Notes: generated by a model not told the origin, from the letters alone. A stretch of 59,665 nt of DNA, filler included, from Sphacelaria rigidula (GCA_964200075.2; 4 parts of 4 records of this genome joined end to end with filler, not necessarily neighbours in it); one strand, 5' to 3'; counted from the first letter of the whole stretch, positions 13,801 to 28,500 are shown. Numbers and translations are program-made.

Positions 13801-14123
13801 AGCCTGTGCCACATGATTTCGTTGAGGAAGTCTTGAGCAAAGAGCACATCCGATCGAAAAAGTATCAGTCGTGGGAACAAATTGTGGCTCGTCTATTCCG
13901 ACCGCACTGTCTTGACTGAAGATCTTAATCCATGAAGCCTGCAGACACCGTGAAGAAAGAAGACTTCATAGAAGAGGGGAATGTGAAACTAGAAGACGGG
14001 GGCCATAGAAGACGCAACGAAGCCCACAAAACAGTACCGCAACAATTGAAGAGCGGGTACACGCACCAAGGAGTATACGGTTGAAGCATCGACCAAGGAC
14101 AAAATCAACAACCGATAGGAAGA

Positions 14124-14719
14124 CCGACTCTCGTGGGAGCCGTTCGGAATATGTTCAAAACTGCCTTTTTGGCCCTTCTCCGTCGTTTTACGCCTGAAAA
14201 GATGGCTAGGCGAATGTTGACGCCTTGGGATGGCTTGCTCTACTCATTGAGGTCCTTCGATGGCAACTTTGCATTTTCCGCTGGTCGCACTTTCAATTTT
14301 GGCCAAACACGGATTTTCAACAAAAACGGTCAAGCGATAAAAAAACAGGGGAAAATTTTGATCGCTTGACCGTTCTTTACTGAAAATCCGTGTTTGGCCT
14401 CGGCCAAAAACAAAGTGCGGCCGCAGCAGGAAATGCAAAGAATGTTGCCCTAGATGGGTCTCAACGAGTGCAGCAAGTCATTCCAACGCGTCAACATCAG
14501 CCTAGCCCTCTTTTCGGGCGTGAATCGATCAAGAAGGGCCAAAAGGTAGTTTTCGACAGGAATTAGGTTCAATTCTACAGTAATAATAAAAAACATATTT
14601 GAATTAATTAGTTAATTACGGAAATAAAGCTTGATTGAGGATGGACGGTTGGATGGATGGTTGGATTGTATTTTTGGACACAGGGGAAGACAAAACTGAA
14701 CGGCTCCCATCAGAGTTGG
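14124..14719. mobile_element. MITE-like element with about 22-bp TIRs containing a 400-bp foldback
   Basis: CCGACTCTCGTGGGAGCCGTTC (14124-14145) versus GAACGGCTCCCATCAGAGTTGG (14698-14719); imperfect palindrome 14152-14558 centred near 14350. Confidence 0.65.
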
Positions 14720-14846
14720 GCCAAAGGACAGAAAAATTGCAAGTCTTGCTTTTACCCTGTTCTTTGAACTAACTTCTTGTACCTTTTAACAGCCAATCAT
14801 CTATGTTGAGGATGGTGCTTTTGATTGAGGATGAGAACCCGGAGGA

Positions 14847-14946
14847 NNNNNNNNNNNNNNNNNNNNNNNNNNNNNNNNNNNNNNNNNNNNTTAATTAATT
14901 AANNNNNNNNNNNNNNNNNNNNNNNNNNNNNNNNNNNNNNNNNNNN
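14847..14946. other. Artificial contig linker N44-TTAATTAATTAA-N44
   Basis: Exactly 100 nt; the 12-mer gives stops in all six frames; identical linkers at 29791 and 44729. Confidence 0.98.
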
Positions 14947-15529
14947 TCTGACTATGGCATGTATGATCATGAGTACACACCCCGCTCCCCCGAGGATGAA
15001 TTTCGGGCCCAAAAGTTTGTCACCAGCATGTGTTGAAGTGTACCACGTATAACAGTCGACGCTCCCGCCTAGAGGGAAGACATTCAACAGCAAGTCATCT
15101 TCGAGATATTTTGGCTGAAGTTACGGTCATTTCTCCCCTTCACTCCCTTAGTCCTCGTGTTTTCATGCCGTTGAGGGATCGATGGCTTCGCCCATCATTG
15201 AGCTGTCGGGGGGAAAAGCCCAATATGTTCGATCCATGCTATGATGAGCTGAAAGTCGGCATGCTCTCCCTGCCGCTATTTTCGTGCCTTTTTTTTCCGT
15301 CTTGTGTCTTCTGATTTTTTTCCATGTCCTCTGCGCAATTCCTCCCCTTTATTCCCTGGTGGATTCTGCTGATTTTCCTCTTGTGTTTCTTCTCTTCTAC
15401 TCATCAATCTCGACCCCTCACCCTTATCTCCAATTTCCCCCCCCATGTTTTCATTGCTGTACCCGTTTCGTCGTCATTTGAAACCGCCTCTACTGCTCCA
15501 TCTCTCCCTCGCGACGACTACTCCGGCAG

Positions 15530-15626
15530 TGGCATGGATATCGACCCATCAATGCTGTTCCACATGTTCATGCAACAGGGGGGCGGGCGACGTGGCGGCG
15601 GGGGTATGCCGTTCAACTTTGGGTAA
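15530..15626 (+). CDS. Orphan terminal exon, G/F-rich C-terminus of a DnaJ (DNAJC7/TPR-J-like) co-chaperone; rest of gene lies outside the contig
   Basis: CAG acceptor at 15527-15529, then GMDIDPSMLFHMFMQQGGGRRGGGGMPFNFG*, resembling the DIDPxxxFxxF...GG..FxFG tail of J-proteins. Confidence 0.55.
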
Positions 15627-18600
15627 TTGTTGAGGGCGGACGCCTCTCCCTGTCCCGTCCAGGGCTGTGTTATTTACTCTTGTTTTCTATTGATGAGAGG
15701 AGGGGGAGGGGGGGAGCTCACGAGACGAGTTTGAACTCTGTTTCGTTCCGCTTTTGCCGTACCTAACGCTTACCCTCGAAGGGGACCGGGGAGAGTATGT
15801 GCGAATCGGCTCGGGGGGGGGGGAGGGTGTTGGGGTCAACAGACGGGCTTCGNNNNNNNNNNTCTGGCGTCCCTCGGGCTTCGAGGGGTGGGGGGCCGGG
15901 GGGGTTGTCTGCGAGGGGGTGGGGGGGGGGGGGGAGTGTTTTGGCGACAACAGACGTGCTTCGTGCGGTGGTAATGAGGGATGGCGACGGCAGCGGCGGT
16001 GTTTCGTCTTGGTTAAACCTGATGTAAATTTTGCCCCAAGAGAGAAAAAAAGGGGAAGTTAATGCCTTTTGATTTTCGTGTGTGTCGTTGTCGTTCTTTC
16101 TAGTGGTTGTGCTTGTGCTTTGTCCGGTCTCTTTGCAAGATGAGTCATTCAATTTGATTCGACTGATCGCGGGCGAGCTGGGGAATAGCGCCTTCAATAA
16201 TATATATGAACATACACACACGCATCACGCCACACATGCGGAATATTAGGTGCCAAAAGGGTGTGACTGGGCCTCTTTTCTCTACCGGGAGATGTCTAGG
16301 CCTCTCTAAATGCGTCCTCTGGTACAATAATTGGGTGGAGGAGGTATTGGTCACTCGTGCGGCCAGCTGTAGCTGCAAGGTTTTACGCTGAGATGCAAGC
16401 TGTTTTTTGTTTCTGGTCAAAAAGCAATCGAGCACACACCCTCGACATTAATTACATTTGTCGCAAGTGTGCTGCGTATAGTATGGAACATATTGTGTAT
16501 TGTATTGGACGCAACAGTCTATACTGTATGCGGTACACTTTTTGACAGTGCACTCGACTGTCGAGGTTGTGCAATCGAGCACGTCGCGTTGGTTTCGTTT
16601 GGTTTGATTTGGTTCGGTTTAGTCTCATCTTCAAACAAGACGTGTCTTGCCGGGGGTAGGCAGGTGGCTTGGTGGCTTAGAAGTGGAGAACGCTTAAAAA
16701 TGGTGGCAATGCTAGCGGAGGTCGACGTTGCTCGTGTCTCGGAAAGGTAAAATCGAGCGCTTTGTACACTTCAGTGTTTGGTTGCTTGTGCTGATCGTCC
16801 ATCTGTACTGTACGACGCGACTGCAGTTCTTCTTGAACATTTCTCTCTTTCCTAGTGTATGGAGGCAACGCCATCCGTGCGCTCTCTGCAAAACTTTCGA
16901 GTGTTCTCACCCCTGTATTGACACCGAAGTTCCCAGCAGTGGTTTTTTGTTGACAGTTTTTTTTTCTTTGCTTCGTGATTGGTTGATGTGCTCAGATCAT
17001 ACTCCGTTCATCGCCGAGCGCCACGCTCTCCCCGTTGAGTGCGTCGTGGACCCCAAAGTGGTTGTTACTGTAGCACATGTATGTTGTGGAACTAGCCTAA
17101 ATTCTCGGTTGTGTTATCCTTACCTTCTTACAAGAAAAAGAGTTGAAAGTGGTTAATTCATCCCGTTCCACAGTAGTATCGGACGTTAGTCTACCGCGCA
17201 TGCCTTGCTTGACGCCCGGCAATCTCTCGTGCACCAACGTGGGAAATCATATCTTTGCACGCAGAAGGAAATGTTCTGTTATGGTGTCTCATGATGCTAC
17301 TGCAGGTAGCGATGCTGGTGGGTGGAAGGGTCATGAGAGGCTGGCTGTGAACGAGGTGCTACACGGCATGAATCTCTCCGGATAATCCCTTGCCGGAGAG
17401 GCCAGCGTAGTCCGTTCATTTTGGTATCACGGCCGTGTCAAGTTGGTAGGTTCCTCGGGAAGGTTTGAAGGTTTTGGTCGTGTTTCTTCCTTGAGGCGGA
17501 AAAGTTATTTGCTTGATTTTCGCGAGGCGGCTTCACACTTTTTGGGAACCAATGCCCCCCCTTATTCATCCACACACACAAGGTTATGAGTTGTTTTAAC
17601 CTCTCTTGGTTGGGATGCGTGGTTGTCACGACAGCGCGGCCTGTGTTGGCCCCATCGAATCTCTCAGTCATGTGGACGAATACCTTGATGTGTGACGGCG
17701 TAAGGCACGTTGGCGTAGTCATATTCTCTTGTCTTTGAGGCGAAATTTTCTGGCTTGTGGCCTCCGGGGTAGGCTCTTAACTACTAAATGAATCCAAGCA
17801 CATGAAGGGAAACCCAGCCTCCTTCAGCAACCAGTACCCACGTCTTATCCCTCTGAATTTTGGCGGTGGGGATGGTGCAGGGCCTTTTTACATTCATGCT
17901 TACTCTCCTACAACACCGACATCTTCAGATACTAGGTACTACCTGTTGAGTCGCTTTGAGGTACTGTAGGTCAATCAGGACTCACTAGAATAAAGTCCTC
18001 GACATCTTCATCGAGGGAAGCTGCGGAAACTGACGAGTAAAATTGATTATAGGTTGTCTTGCGTTTTCCAAATAAAGCATGCGTCCACCCGGGTCGCTAT
18101 AAGATGTGTAGTGGAGGGGTATACATGGTGAGTAGTGACTGGCTGTCTGAAGGAAACTTGAGGAAAGGGGCAGGATAACAGAAACAAAAGCAGAGTGATG
18201 GATCGACATGGACGCCAGGCTAGGAAGTATAGTGAAACCCTTCTGGCAAGTTTCAGACAGGGAGGCGATACAAGAAGCAAGGTTGTCGAAAGTAGGCATA
18301 TTTGTCGCAACTTGGAGACATCTGGACAGCACCGCACTACTGTTGCGGAGTGATGACTTCTAACCACCCAGTATGTATGGAGGATGAAAGCGTCGAATAT
18401 TAAAGATATGGCTTTCGAAGAACTAAGGTTATATCTTTCCGAGAATTACAGGGGATATCATGCGCGCGCACGCGTTCAGCGCGCGAGGGTGGTGGTGGTA
18501 GAATGTTGGGAATATGTTCGATGTTTGAAACGCCCGCTGCCAACACTTGCTCAAGGAAAACAACGTGCATGGCATTTGTGATTTTGAGTCCACATGTGTG

Positions 18601-20470
18601 TGTCGCCCTAAGCATGGTCCAACGGCAACACATGGTTACCACCACTACCACAGGCTATTGGCGAAACGATCTGAGGTCGTATCATGACAACCTTCTCGTG
18701 CAAAAGAGAGCGGTTCCACTCGGGGACTAGAGCTTTTTCAAGCAGGCGTGTAGGGTGTAGTAGCGGGTACCGATGGCAACCACGGCTCTGCTGTGTACAC
18801 GATGTAGGGTAGCGGATTTGTCGCAATGGTTGCTGTCGAGGCATTTTTCACCTCTTATGGGGGGAGAAAACCCCCACTTCTCGGCGGGGAGTGATTCTCA
18901 TATCTCATGCGTGTGGCGTGCTTCGGAGATGACTCTCGTTGTTGTCCACGAGCAATGCTGTTGGGACATTCGCACCTCTGTCGGTGCGATAACTGGTCCT
19001 CTAAGTCTTGCTTTCGTCGATGACGGTGAAAGTGGGAGAAGAGGTATGGAATATGAGGCGCTGCGTTCGATAAACTTTTCCGAAAACACGAGATGTTCCC
19101 TCCTGTGTGCCTTCACTCTCGCCAGCGAGTGCACTGCCTGCTACTGCACATCGTTGGATAGAGAATATAGCTGAGAGGAGCATCTCATCTCCAGTTTTTC
19201 CGTTCACATGTTTCGCCGTCGTGCTCAGGGTTGAGAGCCGCCGTAACGCTTCACGTCGATTGCAGGTGCCTCTGCTGAGCGCCCGACCCTGACCAAATCG
19301 AGTAGAAAAATGCCCTGATTCGTTTTCAGTCAACCCTGAGTAAAGTGGGTATACTCGTCTCGAAAATCAGTTGACTAAAATCAATCCTCGAGATCTGGAT
19401 TATATCTTCGGTACGTGAAGTGGAAACCTGGGTCCCACAACAGACGCGCTGGAATGGCAAAACTGTTGACCCTACAGGTCAAATATCCAGGTGGGTGCCA
19501 ACGTCTAGGTTGGATCTCCAAGACATTCTGGGTTCAAGCGGATCTCCCGAATAGACTTCCCAGGTGAAAATCCACATCCCAGATGGGCATCCCATATTGA
19601 CATCCGTATCCCACGTGCGCGTATCTGGTGAAAACCCATATCGCAGATGAATGTAAGCTGTCAGATGGACGTCCCAAAACGGATAACCATACTCTGAACG
19701 GAGCTTACACAAAAGTGCAAGGCTCTCCAAGTTGCATGAGGAACATCTCATGAGGAAGAGCAGCAGAGTCCGTACCCCTTCGCATTGGAATTTTGTAGAC
19801 CGATGAAGAACGAATGCCTCGGAAAATTGGACCAACCATTTTCACGACATGAGAACCACCGGATGAGAGGAAGTTGAATGGCAAGGGTACCAAATCATGT
19901 AAAAAACTCCGGGATTGTCATCAGCTTGGGGAACAACCTCTCCCCCCCCACCCCCTCTAGAGTGCGTTTAGTTATTATCAGTCACCCCAGAGTCAAAACC
20001 CTTTCCCCCCACCACGCCTCCCCCGCCAATACACGGGCCTGGGAAGATTTTTCTCTCCAGTGCGCGTCTCAGAGGTGTCATCATATCGTTCTAAAGCAAG
20101 CACAAGCTGTGCACATTCTTTGAAGCGCCATTTTTTGAGGCAACGCGGCGCGCGTCACTCGTAATCGATTCTGTAGACAAGATGTACCATGCCTTGGTAT
20201 TTTTGCGTGTCACGCAAAAGGAGGGGTGGTTTCACGTGAACGTGTATGCAGCGGCGATGGATACGCGTCCCATGCACGACTCTCGTTTCCGTACAGAAGC
20301 AACGAGCCCCCATGTCCCCCACCCCTGTTCCGCACGAAACGTGCCACCAATCAATTCAGATATCCGCAGATTTCTCCTGCTCCTTTTTCTCGTTCTAGTT
20401 TAACGCTCTCGCCCCCACCACGATGCCCTTCCTCGGACGGACTCTCTTCAGCTACTACTCTATTGCGCTT

Positions 20471-23400
20471 CTACTTTTCCTCGTCCTGCAATGGAGAGAC
20501 AACTACCCTAGCTCTCGACAGTCTATCCGCGTAAGGTAACTCCGACATCCCTCGTGCCCAACCACCTGAGGGTACCGCTACCACCACCGTCTCTGCGCCG
20601 CGGTGCACGCCGGTGAAGCCCGTAAGATCCGAAAGATTGCGACGTCTTTTTACGTCGGCCTTCACGCCACTTTGCCATCTGTCGGTCAATGGGCCAAGGT
20701 GGGAACGGGCAGAAAGTAGGGCAGAAGGGAGTGGAACGATTCCGCGACCGCATTGCTGTTGGGGAGGGTGGAGGGGGTTGGAGAGGGTGGAGGGGGGCGG
20801 ACAATGTGAGGTGTAAAAACGTTGACACTTCTTCTCGTTGAAATTTCCCATGCAAAAATCTTGTTTTACAATACTGAAATCAAATTTCGCATGCTGGGGT
20901 TGTTTTATCAAATGTGCTGACTACTGTGCGATATCTGCGTCTGCCGGGCTTATGATGAGCGACTGTTGTGGCGTGTGAAACGATGGGGTCAAGAGTGAAC
21001 TGGGCATCCGCTGACGTGGGGACGTACTCATTTTTTCACGATGCAGATACAAAATATTCAAGCTCAAAACTAATATGCTGCATGCTAGCGTCTCCACCTT
21101 TGTGCTAGTTTGATTCATGTGGTGCGAATCGCCGGCGTCTATTTGCGATCTCCGCTTACCTGGACTCGATGTCCACCTCTATGGACGGTGTTGCTTCGTC
21201 GAGCGCCATATCGAGGTAAAATCCCTTGCTGCGATACCTGTATCCCTCCCGCCAGTAGGCCTCCTCTGGTCCAATTCGGATGGCGTGTTCGAACGCCTTG
21301 AAATACAGAAAAAGACGGATATACACACGCTTTTGATGCTAACGGGGGATTTGCCGGAATGTCCACAAAGAGTTACCAAGCTAGTGCAGTGCAGGATGAC
21401 AAAATAACTGTGGTAGTACTTGAACATCACGCGAAACCGTAGACACGAAAACATCAGGGGAAGTTTCAACAATTAGCATCATGGCGAAGTCCAACAGCGT
21501 GAACTTCTCATATGCGCATGCTTGCTCAGTCAACCTCAGCAGCGGGAAAATAGCACTGCACCATCGTTCAGTATTTGTCTTGTTCCGCACCTGCCGACTG
21601 GCCGTAAACTGACGCTTGAATGCCAGTACCCTACCCAAATCACGAAGTCGTTTGCCTTGTTCACTCTCCAAATATATTTCCCTGCCCAGAATCTCGCCGC
21701 TCTCGATCTCTGGCCCTACTGAGGTCACGCTACCCCGAATGGGCAACACGCTCTCCAGCGATGGCATCAGCGATTCCCGAGCACTGCAAGAGCTACCGTT
21801 TTGAGCGCATGATTCTCCTGGTGGTGCACCGTTTGCTTCAGTTTGTACGCCCATTGCCGTTCCCTTTGTCGACGGCAGCTCACGCCCAATTTCGGTCGGC
21901 TGTGGTGGGTGCGAATGTAGAGACGGTGGTGTACGGGACTCTTTGTCGCAGAGCTTGTGCAGAATGGACGCGTGTAGGTCGGCCAACGCTCCGGCGGATT
22001 CCGTGAGCCATGCGCCTTGGTTCGTCGCTTCGTTTTCGACTAGCCCTTCGTATCGGAGTAGCGTCTCGTGAACTTCCTTCTCAACCTTCAGGGTTCCGAA
22101 TACCGCGTATGGCGCAGGTTGGTGACCACCACAAAGATGAGTATAGACGACGGTGAAGTACACATGGAATGAGAAAATAGTGCTTGAAGTTGCGTGTGTT
22201 CCATACGCTGGATATAGTCGACCGAAGTTGAATGCCGTCACCCGTTCCATAATATATATATATATATATATATTCGTCACACTTTTCGACCCCGCTCCCC
22301 CCCCTTTCCTAGGGATGAGTCCGTGGTCTCAAGGGTTCTGCCCCATCTGTCCCTCGGTACACGCCTTGCATTTTGGTAACCCGAATCGGGTCAGCACTCC
22401 CGCACCGCGTCAACCTTCGTCAAATAGAATTTTTCCCCTACTCATGCTCTCACATTTTTCAACAACGGAGATCAGATATTTTGAGGAAAGAACAGTTCGA
22501 CCTGTCGGGAATCGACCTAGTTGGTGGCCCATGTAACATGATAGATGGACTACCGGTACGCGGCGGCTACGTTGGTTCAGTGTATATGTAACCTTACAAA
22601 GGCGATGCGATTCTTCACAAAAACGAGAAAACTGAACGAAGAGCTGATCACGGGAGAGACCAATAAACCTGCGTGTGCTCGTCATCTTCTCCCTCGCCAT
22701 CACCATCACACATGCCGAGCCGAACCCTCGCCGCCTCAGCGGCCGCCACGGGTTGTTTTAACTCTAGCAGACACTGGTAGACACCCGTCGCCGCCCGCTT
22801 CCTTCTGGCGGTTTCCAAATCCTCTTGCACGCGCTTACGTTCAGCTTCCTCATCCTGCAAAGCGGCCACAGCTTTGGCTCGAGCCTTTTCATCTAGTAGC
22901 ATGAGCTTCCTTTGTTGAGTCTCCTGCTCGTCTCTCTCTTGCTGAGTCGGGATATGTTCTGCTTTCTCATGTGTGTTTTTGGGGAAATTTGCTTCACCGT
23001 AGATTGTGCATATTGTCAAAAGGTGGTAACGTACACGAAATGCGATGCGACTGCTCTGTCTCTAATGTGTACCCGCCTTCAGGAATGAAGATGAGATGAG
23101 CAGGCATTTGCAACAAAATCGCAGCGACTCAATTGCAGGGCGACAGAACAATACAGTGGCAATTGCAATACGATTCTAGCGGCGAAGTAAACTCGAACGT
23201 GCGAGTATATCGTAGCAGCTACACGGGGCTAAAGCAACCAGCAACCGCAAATCCTTCATACATGGCGAGCGTTTGCTCTACAAGAGAAAATAGTCCATGG
23301 TTGGGAGCGTTGTCGTAACTGCGGTAAAACTGCAGTCATCACCCGGCGGAAGAACATACGGTTATATCTGACATGACGACTTCAACGTGGATATAACAAC

Positions 23401-24878
23401 CCCACACGTGCAAAACTCCGGACATATGATGTCCCATACATGAGATGTGTTTTACGTGACAATTTCGTTCATGTTGGCACTTGCGCCTTTGTTTCGTTGA
23501 TGTGTGTTCAAAAGGAGCCGGCTGCGGTCCGTTCCCTCTCCGCGACGTCACGTCAGATGGATCGCCTATTGAAGACCAACATCTCTTGACGCAGAAATTA
23601 CGACAAAGGACTTCTCGTTTATCATCCACTTGAAATACTCGAAATGTTCGCGGTGCTCGTGACCTGGTGCATGACAGACTTGAGGGAGGCGTGAGACGTC
23701 GGGGGGATTCACATCCAGCCATCAAGATAACCGAGATATACACAACTTGAACTCCAGGAGCTGGGTAAAACGATCTGGTCAGCTGACGACGCTAATCAAT
23801 AGTCAGAAATGTACGGCCATCACTCCGCTGTCTTGCATACCATACCGGCGGAGATTGCCATTTTCTACATACGGTGTGATCGAGTATTGTAGCACGCTGT
23901 ACTGATTCTCCCATCAAAAGATCACTTTTACTGAGAATCTCACTGACAACGATTTCCTCGACAGAGGAAGCAATCGGCAGGATAAGGAAGATGACTGAAT
24001 GCGAATAGCTCACCAGGTGAGGGTCTCACAGCGATCTGAAAATTCTTGAGGGCATTTGCGGGATCGGACATAACAAGATTCAACACGGCCATCTCCAACG
24101 CAACATCGTGGCGTTCGCGAGGTGTTCCCCGCACCATCCTTGATCGAAGCTCCCCGATTCTTGTCATTGCTAGGTTTAGGTCGAGTCTTTCCACGCACGG
24201 CCGCTGTTGTTTGCTGTTACCAGTTGCTTGCTTTTTATGCTTTCGTTGACGAGTTCTCAATGTTCGTTGTGTGGATGTTGTCGTGACAGACTTGTGGTTG
24301 CCATGACAGTATTTTCTCGACGAGTTCCGATCACTCGAGCCCGGTGCCGAAGACGGTTTCACCGCGGGATGCAAACGACTCGAAGCATACGGTTGTTGTC
24401 GTGGTTCATCAGCTGATTCAGATGTAGGAAAGTCATCTACCCCTCGATTGTCCGTCGCTAGTGGTGCCGTATCCTCACGCGAAACTCTGCTGCTTGCACT
24501 CATTGCTGGGATGTCGATCACGGGTGACTTGACTGCTTCGTGCTTGGGGCGTACTCGTGACCGAGAAGCAGCATGATGGCGCGTGCCGTGCAACGGCTTT
24601 GCTCGGGAACATTTTGTGCTACCAAGGGGATCCACTGACAACTTAGCAAAGCCCCTACCGTTGGCACAAGACGCGATGATACGACGCTGTCTACCTGCCC
24701 ATTGAGCCTGGTCCTGCTCTTCGGCGCGCAGAAGGTCTTGGACAGAACGTACGAACCTGCAGGCATTTAATCCAAGCGACATACGCACGCGGAGCTGCTG
24801 AGGTCGCCCGACGACGCGATCTTGATTAACATTCATGTTGCGATAATCTATGCCGTGTAGATCATACGTACGCAACAT
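20471..24878 (-). CDS. Multi-exon TPR-motif/coiled-coil protein of unknown function (5' structure uncertain)
   Basis: Phase-consistent exons 22991-22669, 22085-21591, 21296-21160, 20678-20471 (stop). Splicing creates a TPR-like motif LRDLGRVLAFKRQFTASRQ|AFEHAIRIGP. Upstream ORF 24878-~24030 has a second TPR-like helix pair (DVALEMAVLNLVMSDPANALKNFQIA); exons in 23000-24000 unresolved. Confidence 0.65.
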
Positions 24879-25305
24879 TCGCCGAAATTAATTACGGCCA
24901 CCAGTTCATACCACAGTGCAGTAGCTATCCTTGGTGTGCTCTTTGAGTTGGTACGAAGATGTGTCGGCGGCTTTGTTTTCAATCATGCTTGGGGCGGACG
25001 CAGAGAAGGCGTGTAGTTGCTTGTCCCGGTATACGAACATTTTACATATTATCCAACACTTCCGCATCCCACTGAACCGCAGCGGGCACAGATAACGTAA
25101 CGACAGCACATCTCGTCATACCATTATCAAATCACCCGCTGCTTATTCCTCGGGACGAACCCAGAACCTCGAGGGATCAACCCATCTCTCGCCAGGCAAA
25201 TTTTGGTGTGGTGGATTGGATCAGCACTGCCGCACGGCGTCGACCCTGTCGCCCAATTTTATTTCTGCTCATGCCCTCTTCTTGCTCTCCACGACGGAAA
25301 CCAAG

Positions 25306-26233
25306 GTTCTGCTTGAGCAAAAAATGCTGCAAAAAACTTCTGTTTACCTGTCGGATTCGAAGCTGCGACCTTCCACCCCAACTGGCTGGGTACCCGTTAC
25401 ACCACCGGGGCGCGGCTATGGTGGGTGGTTTTACACCTTTCCGACAGATGCGTACAGTAATGGTGTCATTTACCGTTGCATACTGTCGTCGGACTTCCAC
25501 GCAACGACCTACCTCTTTTCTGCCAAGTCTCTGCCCTCCCGTTCGATGCGCTTCGTCTCGAAGTATGCCACCACAGGTGCGAGAAGCTCGCCCTGTTCTT
25601 TGGCACCACCCATATTTCCTCTGCCCACCAACTTGCGGAAAACTAACGATCCGTGCTCACATTACAGCACAGACGACAATATGCACCTTACAGTACAGTG
25701 CAACCGTAGGTGGTACCACGGCTCGTGCGGTTTTCTCCTGATCTACGAGTATCTGTGTTCCTTTTCGCCGTTGGAATAACGCCGCAAAACGTTCGGTTCT
25801 TGTGGCAATTCCGCCGCTTCATACACCCGACCAACAGACAGTATCGACACATATTGACAAAATCTTCACCACACAACTCTCGGTGTTGCTGTGGCAGCCA
25901 TCAGCAAGAACTTTGAGCTCGAGAAGTGATCAACCGGAGTGTAGTATCTGGGTAAAACCGCTCTGCACAGCACAGAAAGGAACGATGTGTACATGAAGCT
26001 TAATGCATTTTCTTTCATATGCCTTCGCATTTATCACTTGCTTCCTCCCTCGTGCCTAGACCAACGCTTGAGATAGCGTAGGATCCTCGTACATGTCAGT
26101 CAGTAGGATGATGCGATGAGCGTGGAAGATGCAATCTCCCATGGTCCGGGATTGCTTTACGCCTGGGCAAGCGAAGAGAGGGCAGATGATTGTGATGGAA
26201 GCAGCATGGGGGGTGAACACGATTCACCAGGGA

Positions 26234-26271
<38 letters not shown>

Positions 26272-26628
26272 GGTGGCGGTGGTGGTAGTGATGGCGGCGG
26301 TGGTAATGGTGTCGTGTGGGAACGAAGAGCATCCTACAGACAAGAACGGCGGGTCAGCTGCTCAAACTCATCATCCTTGTCCGAAATCTCGAGCGATGTA
26401 CACCAAGAGAGAAAGAACAGCGCCGGAAGCGGCGTACAGCACAGCAGAAATACTGAAGAAATTTCTGCTGCTGCTTGTCCACGATCAGCAGCAACGGTAT
26501 CGTCCGTACCCCTGGCTGCTGTTGCGATTGGCAGGGTGGTGGATGACGCGGGGATGCAGCCACTGCGATACGGGCCCGTGCCCGCGAGTCCGCGACGTAC
26601 ATCGGGTTCGTCATGCAACGGGGATGAG
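25306..26628 (+). CDS. Internal exons of an unknown protein with a poly-Gly tract, divergent from the TPR gene
   Basis: Phase-consistent exons 25306-25576, 25842-25951, 26107-26628 with AG/GT borders; (GGC/GGT)n at about 26236-26286; start and stop exons uncertain. Confidence 0.45.
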
Positions 26629-27959
26629 GTAATTTTCTCACTGTATGCGTACTGTCGACGGGTGCCCTGTGAAAATCAATCACCATGTTCACTTTCCGTA
26701 AGTGTAAGTGGTTCCCGCCAACAACTGTGGGTACCGTCTCTTCTCCTGTTTCTTCCTTGGCCAATTGTATCTTAGTCATCGAGGAGCCGCCGCTCATCTG
26801 TTTCCACAATATAATACAAGACGATGCATGCAACAGCAACTCTCCACACACGAGGCACACGCGAATACTAAATAATGTCAAGGGAACACACCACCTTTGC
26901 ACATCGTTTTCTAACACGCCATCACTATTTGGTCCTCGCTTGTTCTCCGCATCTTGAATTAAGAACACACGAAAATGGTGCGCCTAATGTACCGCATTTA
27001 TAATTTATAACATAATACCTTTTGTCTGTGACTCTGCAGGTGTAGCAAGATCCGAAAATGTTTTTTCTAGAAAGATTTGCCAAGACAACGAAAATATATC
27101 AAAAATAAATACTTCTTGAGCCATCCCACGGTGGGGCGAGGAGGTGTTTTGGACAAGGTTGTCGTCCGAAAATCGTCACTCTGGGACGCTGCTTGGGGTT
27201 GTAAAGAGTTCTTAAAATAATCCTGATGCCAGTATTCACCCCTATATCGTTTGCTCGACGACACCTTACACCGCAAAACGCACCAACAGAAGTATGTCGT
27301 TGTACGTCACACTCACAACTCCTTTGTTGGGGCAACAATTTCACGGCCCGACGAACAATGATTCACCTGAAAATTGTTTTCTATTAGAGCAATTGATACC
27401 TACCGTACGAATCAATCCTTGCGCTTGGTTTCAGCGTTGTATCCCAGGTACGCGCACCCCAAGCGCGTGGAATAGCGCAATTTTCCCCTTGATATATACA
27501 CATGTTCTAGTTCAGTTTCTCTCCTTCTCTCGAGCAATCAGGGGGGGCAGAAATCGTAGTTTTCGTATTTTGAACCACCGACGGCTCGCCCAACCCTTGC
27601 AAAAATCCCATTCACCCCTACGTGGGAAGACTTTTCGTATGATTGACGCTGTCGAGAAGTGGTATACGGCACTTCTGTACACCAAAATAGCCGCACTGGT
27701 ATGTATGCCGGAATCCCGCAGTAGGACCAGCGCCGCCTTGTAACAGCTGATAAAACGACAGCAATTTCACATGTCTCATGGTATTTAGTGTTGCAAGTTA
27801 AATGTGCTGCGCTGCTCGCGGCTCAAGACGCCCATGTCTGTGCGCACATGGGGCAAAAACATGCGTGTGCACATGATGCACACAGTGCAACAGCATCTAC
27901 ATGTACACTTCAGTACAGTGCAAATTGCCTGTTCCTTTGCTACGCGCGATCACGCGTGT

Positions 27960-28500
27960 CCTTCTTCTCCATTTTCATTGTTCACAATATCGTTCTTGTC
28001 GACATTAGATATCTCATCAACGTTGACACATGACAGCCTACCCACGCGCGGTGTTCGAGCCCAGGGTTACAAGGAACGCCTGGTACGTGCTGTCGGAACC
28101 GACCCTGAAGACCCACCTTGATCTAACAACTTTCTGTCCAGGAGAAAGTTTCGAGCGCGGTTGAGTTCTTGAAAGCTTTTGATCCCCTTGTCAGCCGCAG
28201 CTTTCCACAGCTTCGCTTCCGGCAACTGCATGGCCTCCTTGAGGATGATTGGGACTATGTTGACTTTCTCCCCCTCCGGGCGAATTCGCACCTGAGTGCT
28301 GCTGGCGGCGTGGGAGTACTCCAGGAAGTCGATGAGTGCACTTCTATGCGCATTGCCAGCAGGTGCACTCGTCGAATTCCTGTTGTATGCCTACGCTGCC
28401 ACCAATATCCAGCTGCAAACTCGTTCGAATAGGTAGAAAGTCAAGATAGTCCTGAACACCTTCAAGGAGGTCACGGACTTGCCAAAGCGAAGCTGTGGAC
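27960..28500 (-). mobile_element. Ty1/Copia remnant (pre-RT region and RT start), inverted relative to the adjacent copy
   Basis: VPIILKEAMQLPEAKLWKAAADKGIKSFQELN then frameshifted PPGQKVVRSRWVFRV. Confidence 0.75.

Noticed and set aside
12200-14100. Strand-biased, TE-like sequence
   Set aside because: Probably decayed retroelements, but no diagnostic motif could be read.
14891-14902. Palindromic TTAATTAATTAA as a biological site
   Set aside because: Flanked by exactly 44 N on each side three times; assembly linker.
17980-18900. Fragmentary coding-like sequence
   Set aside because: Stops in all frames and no recognisable family.
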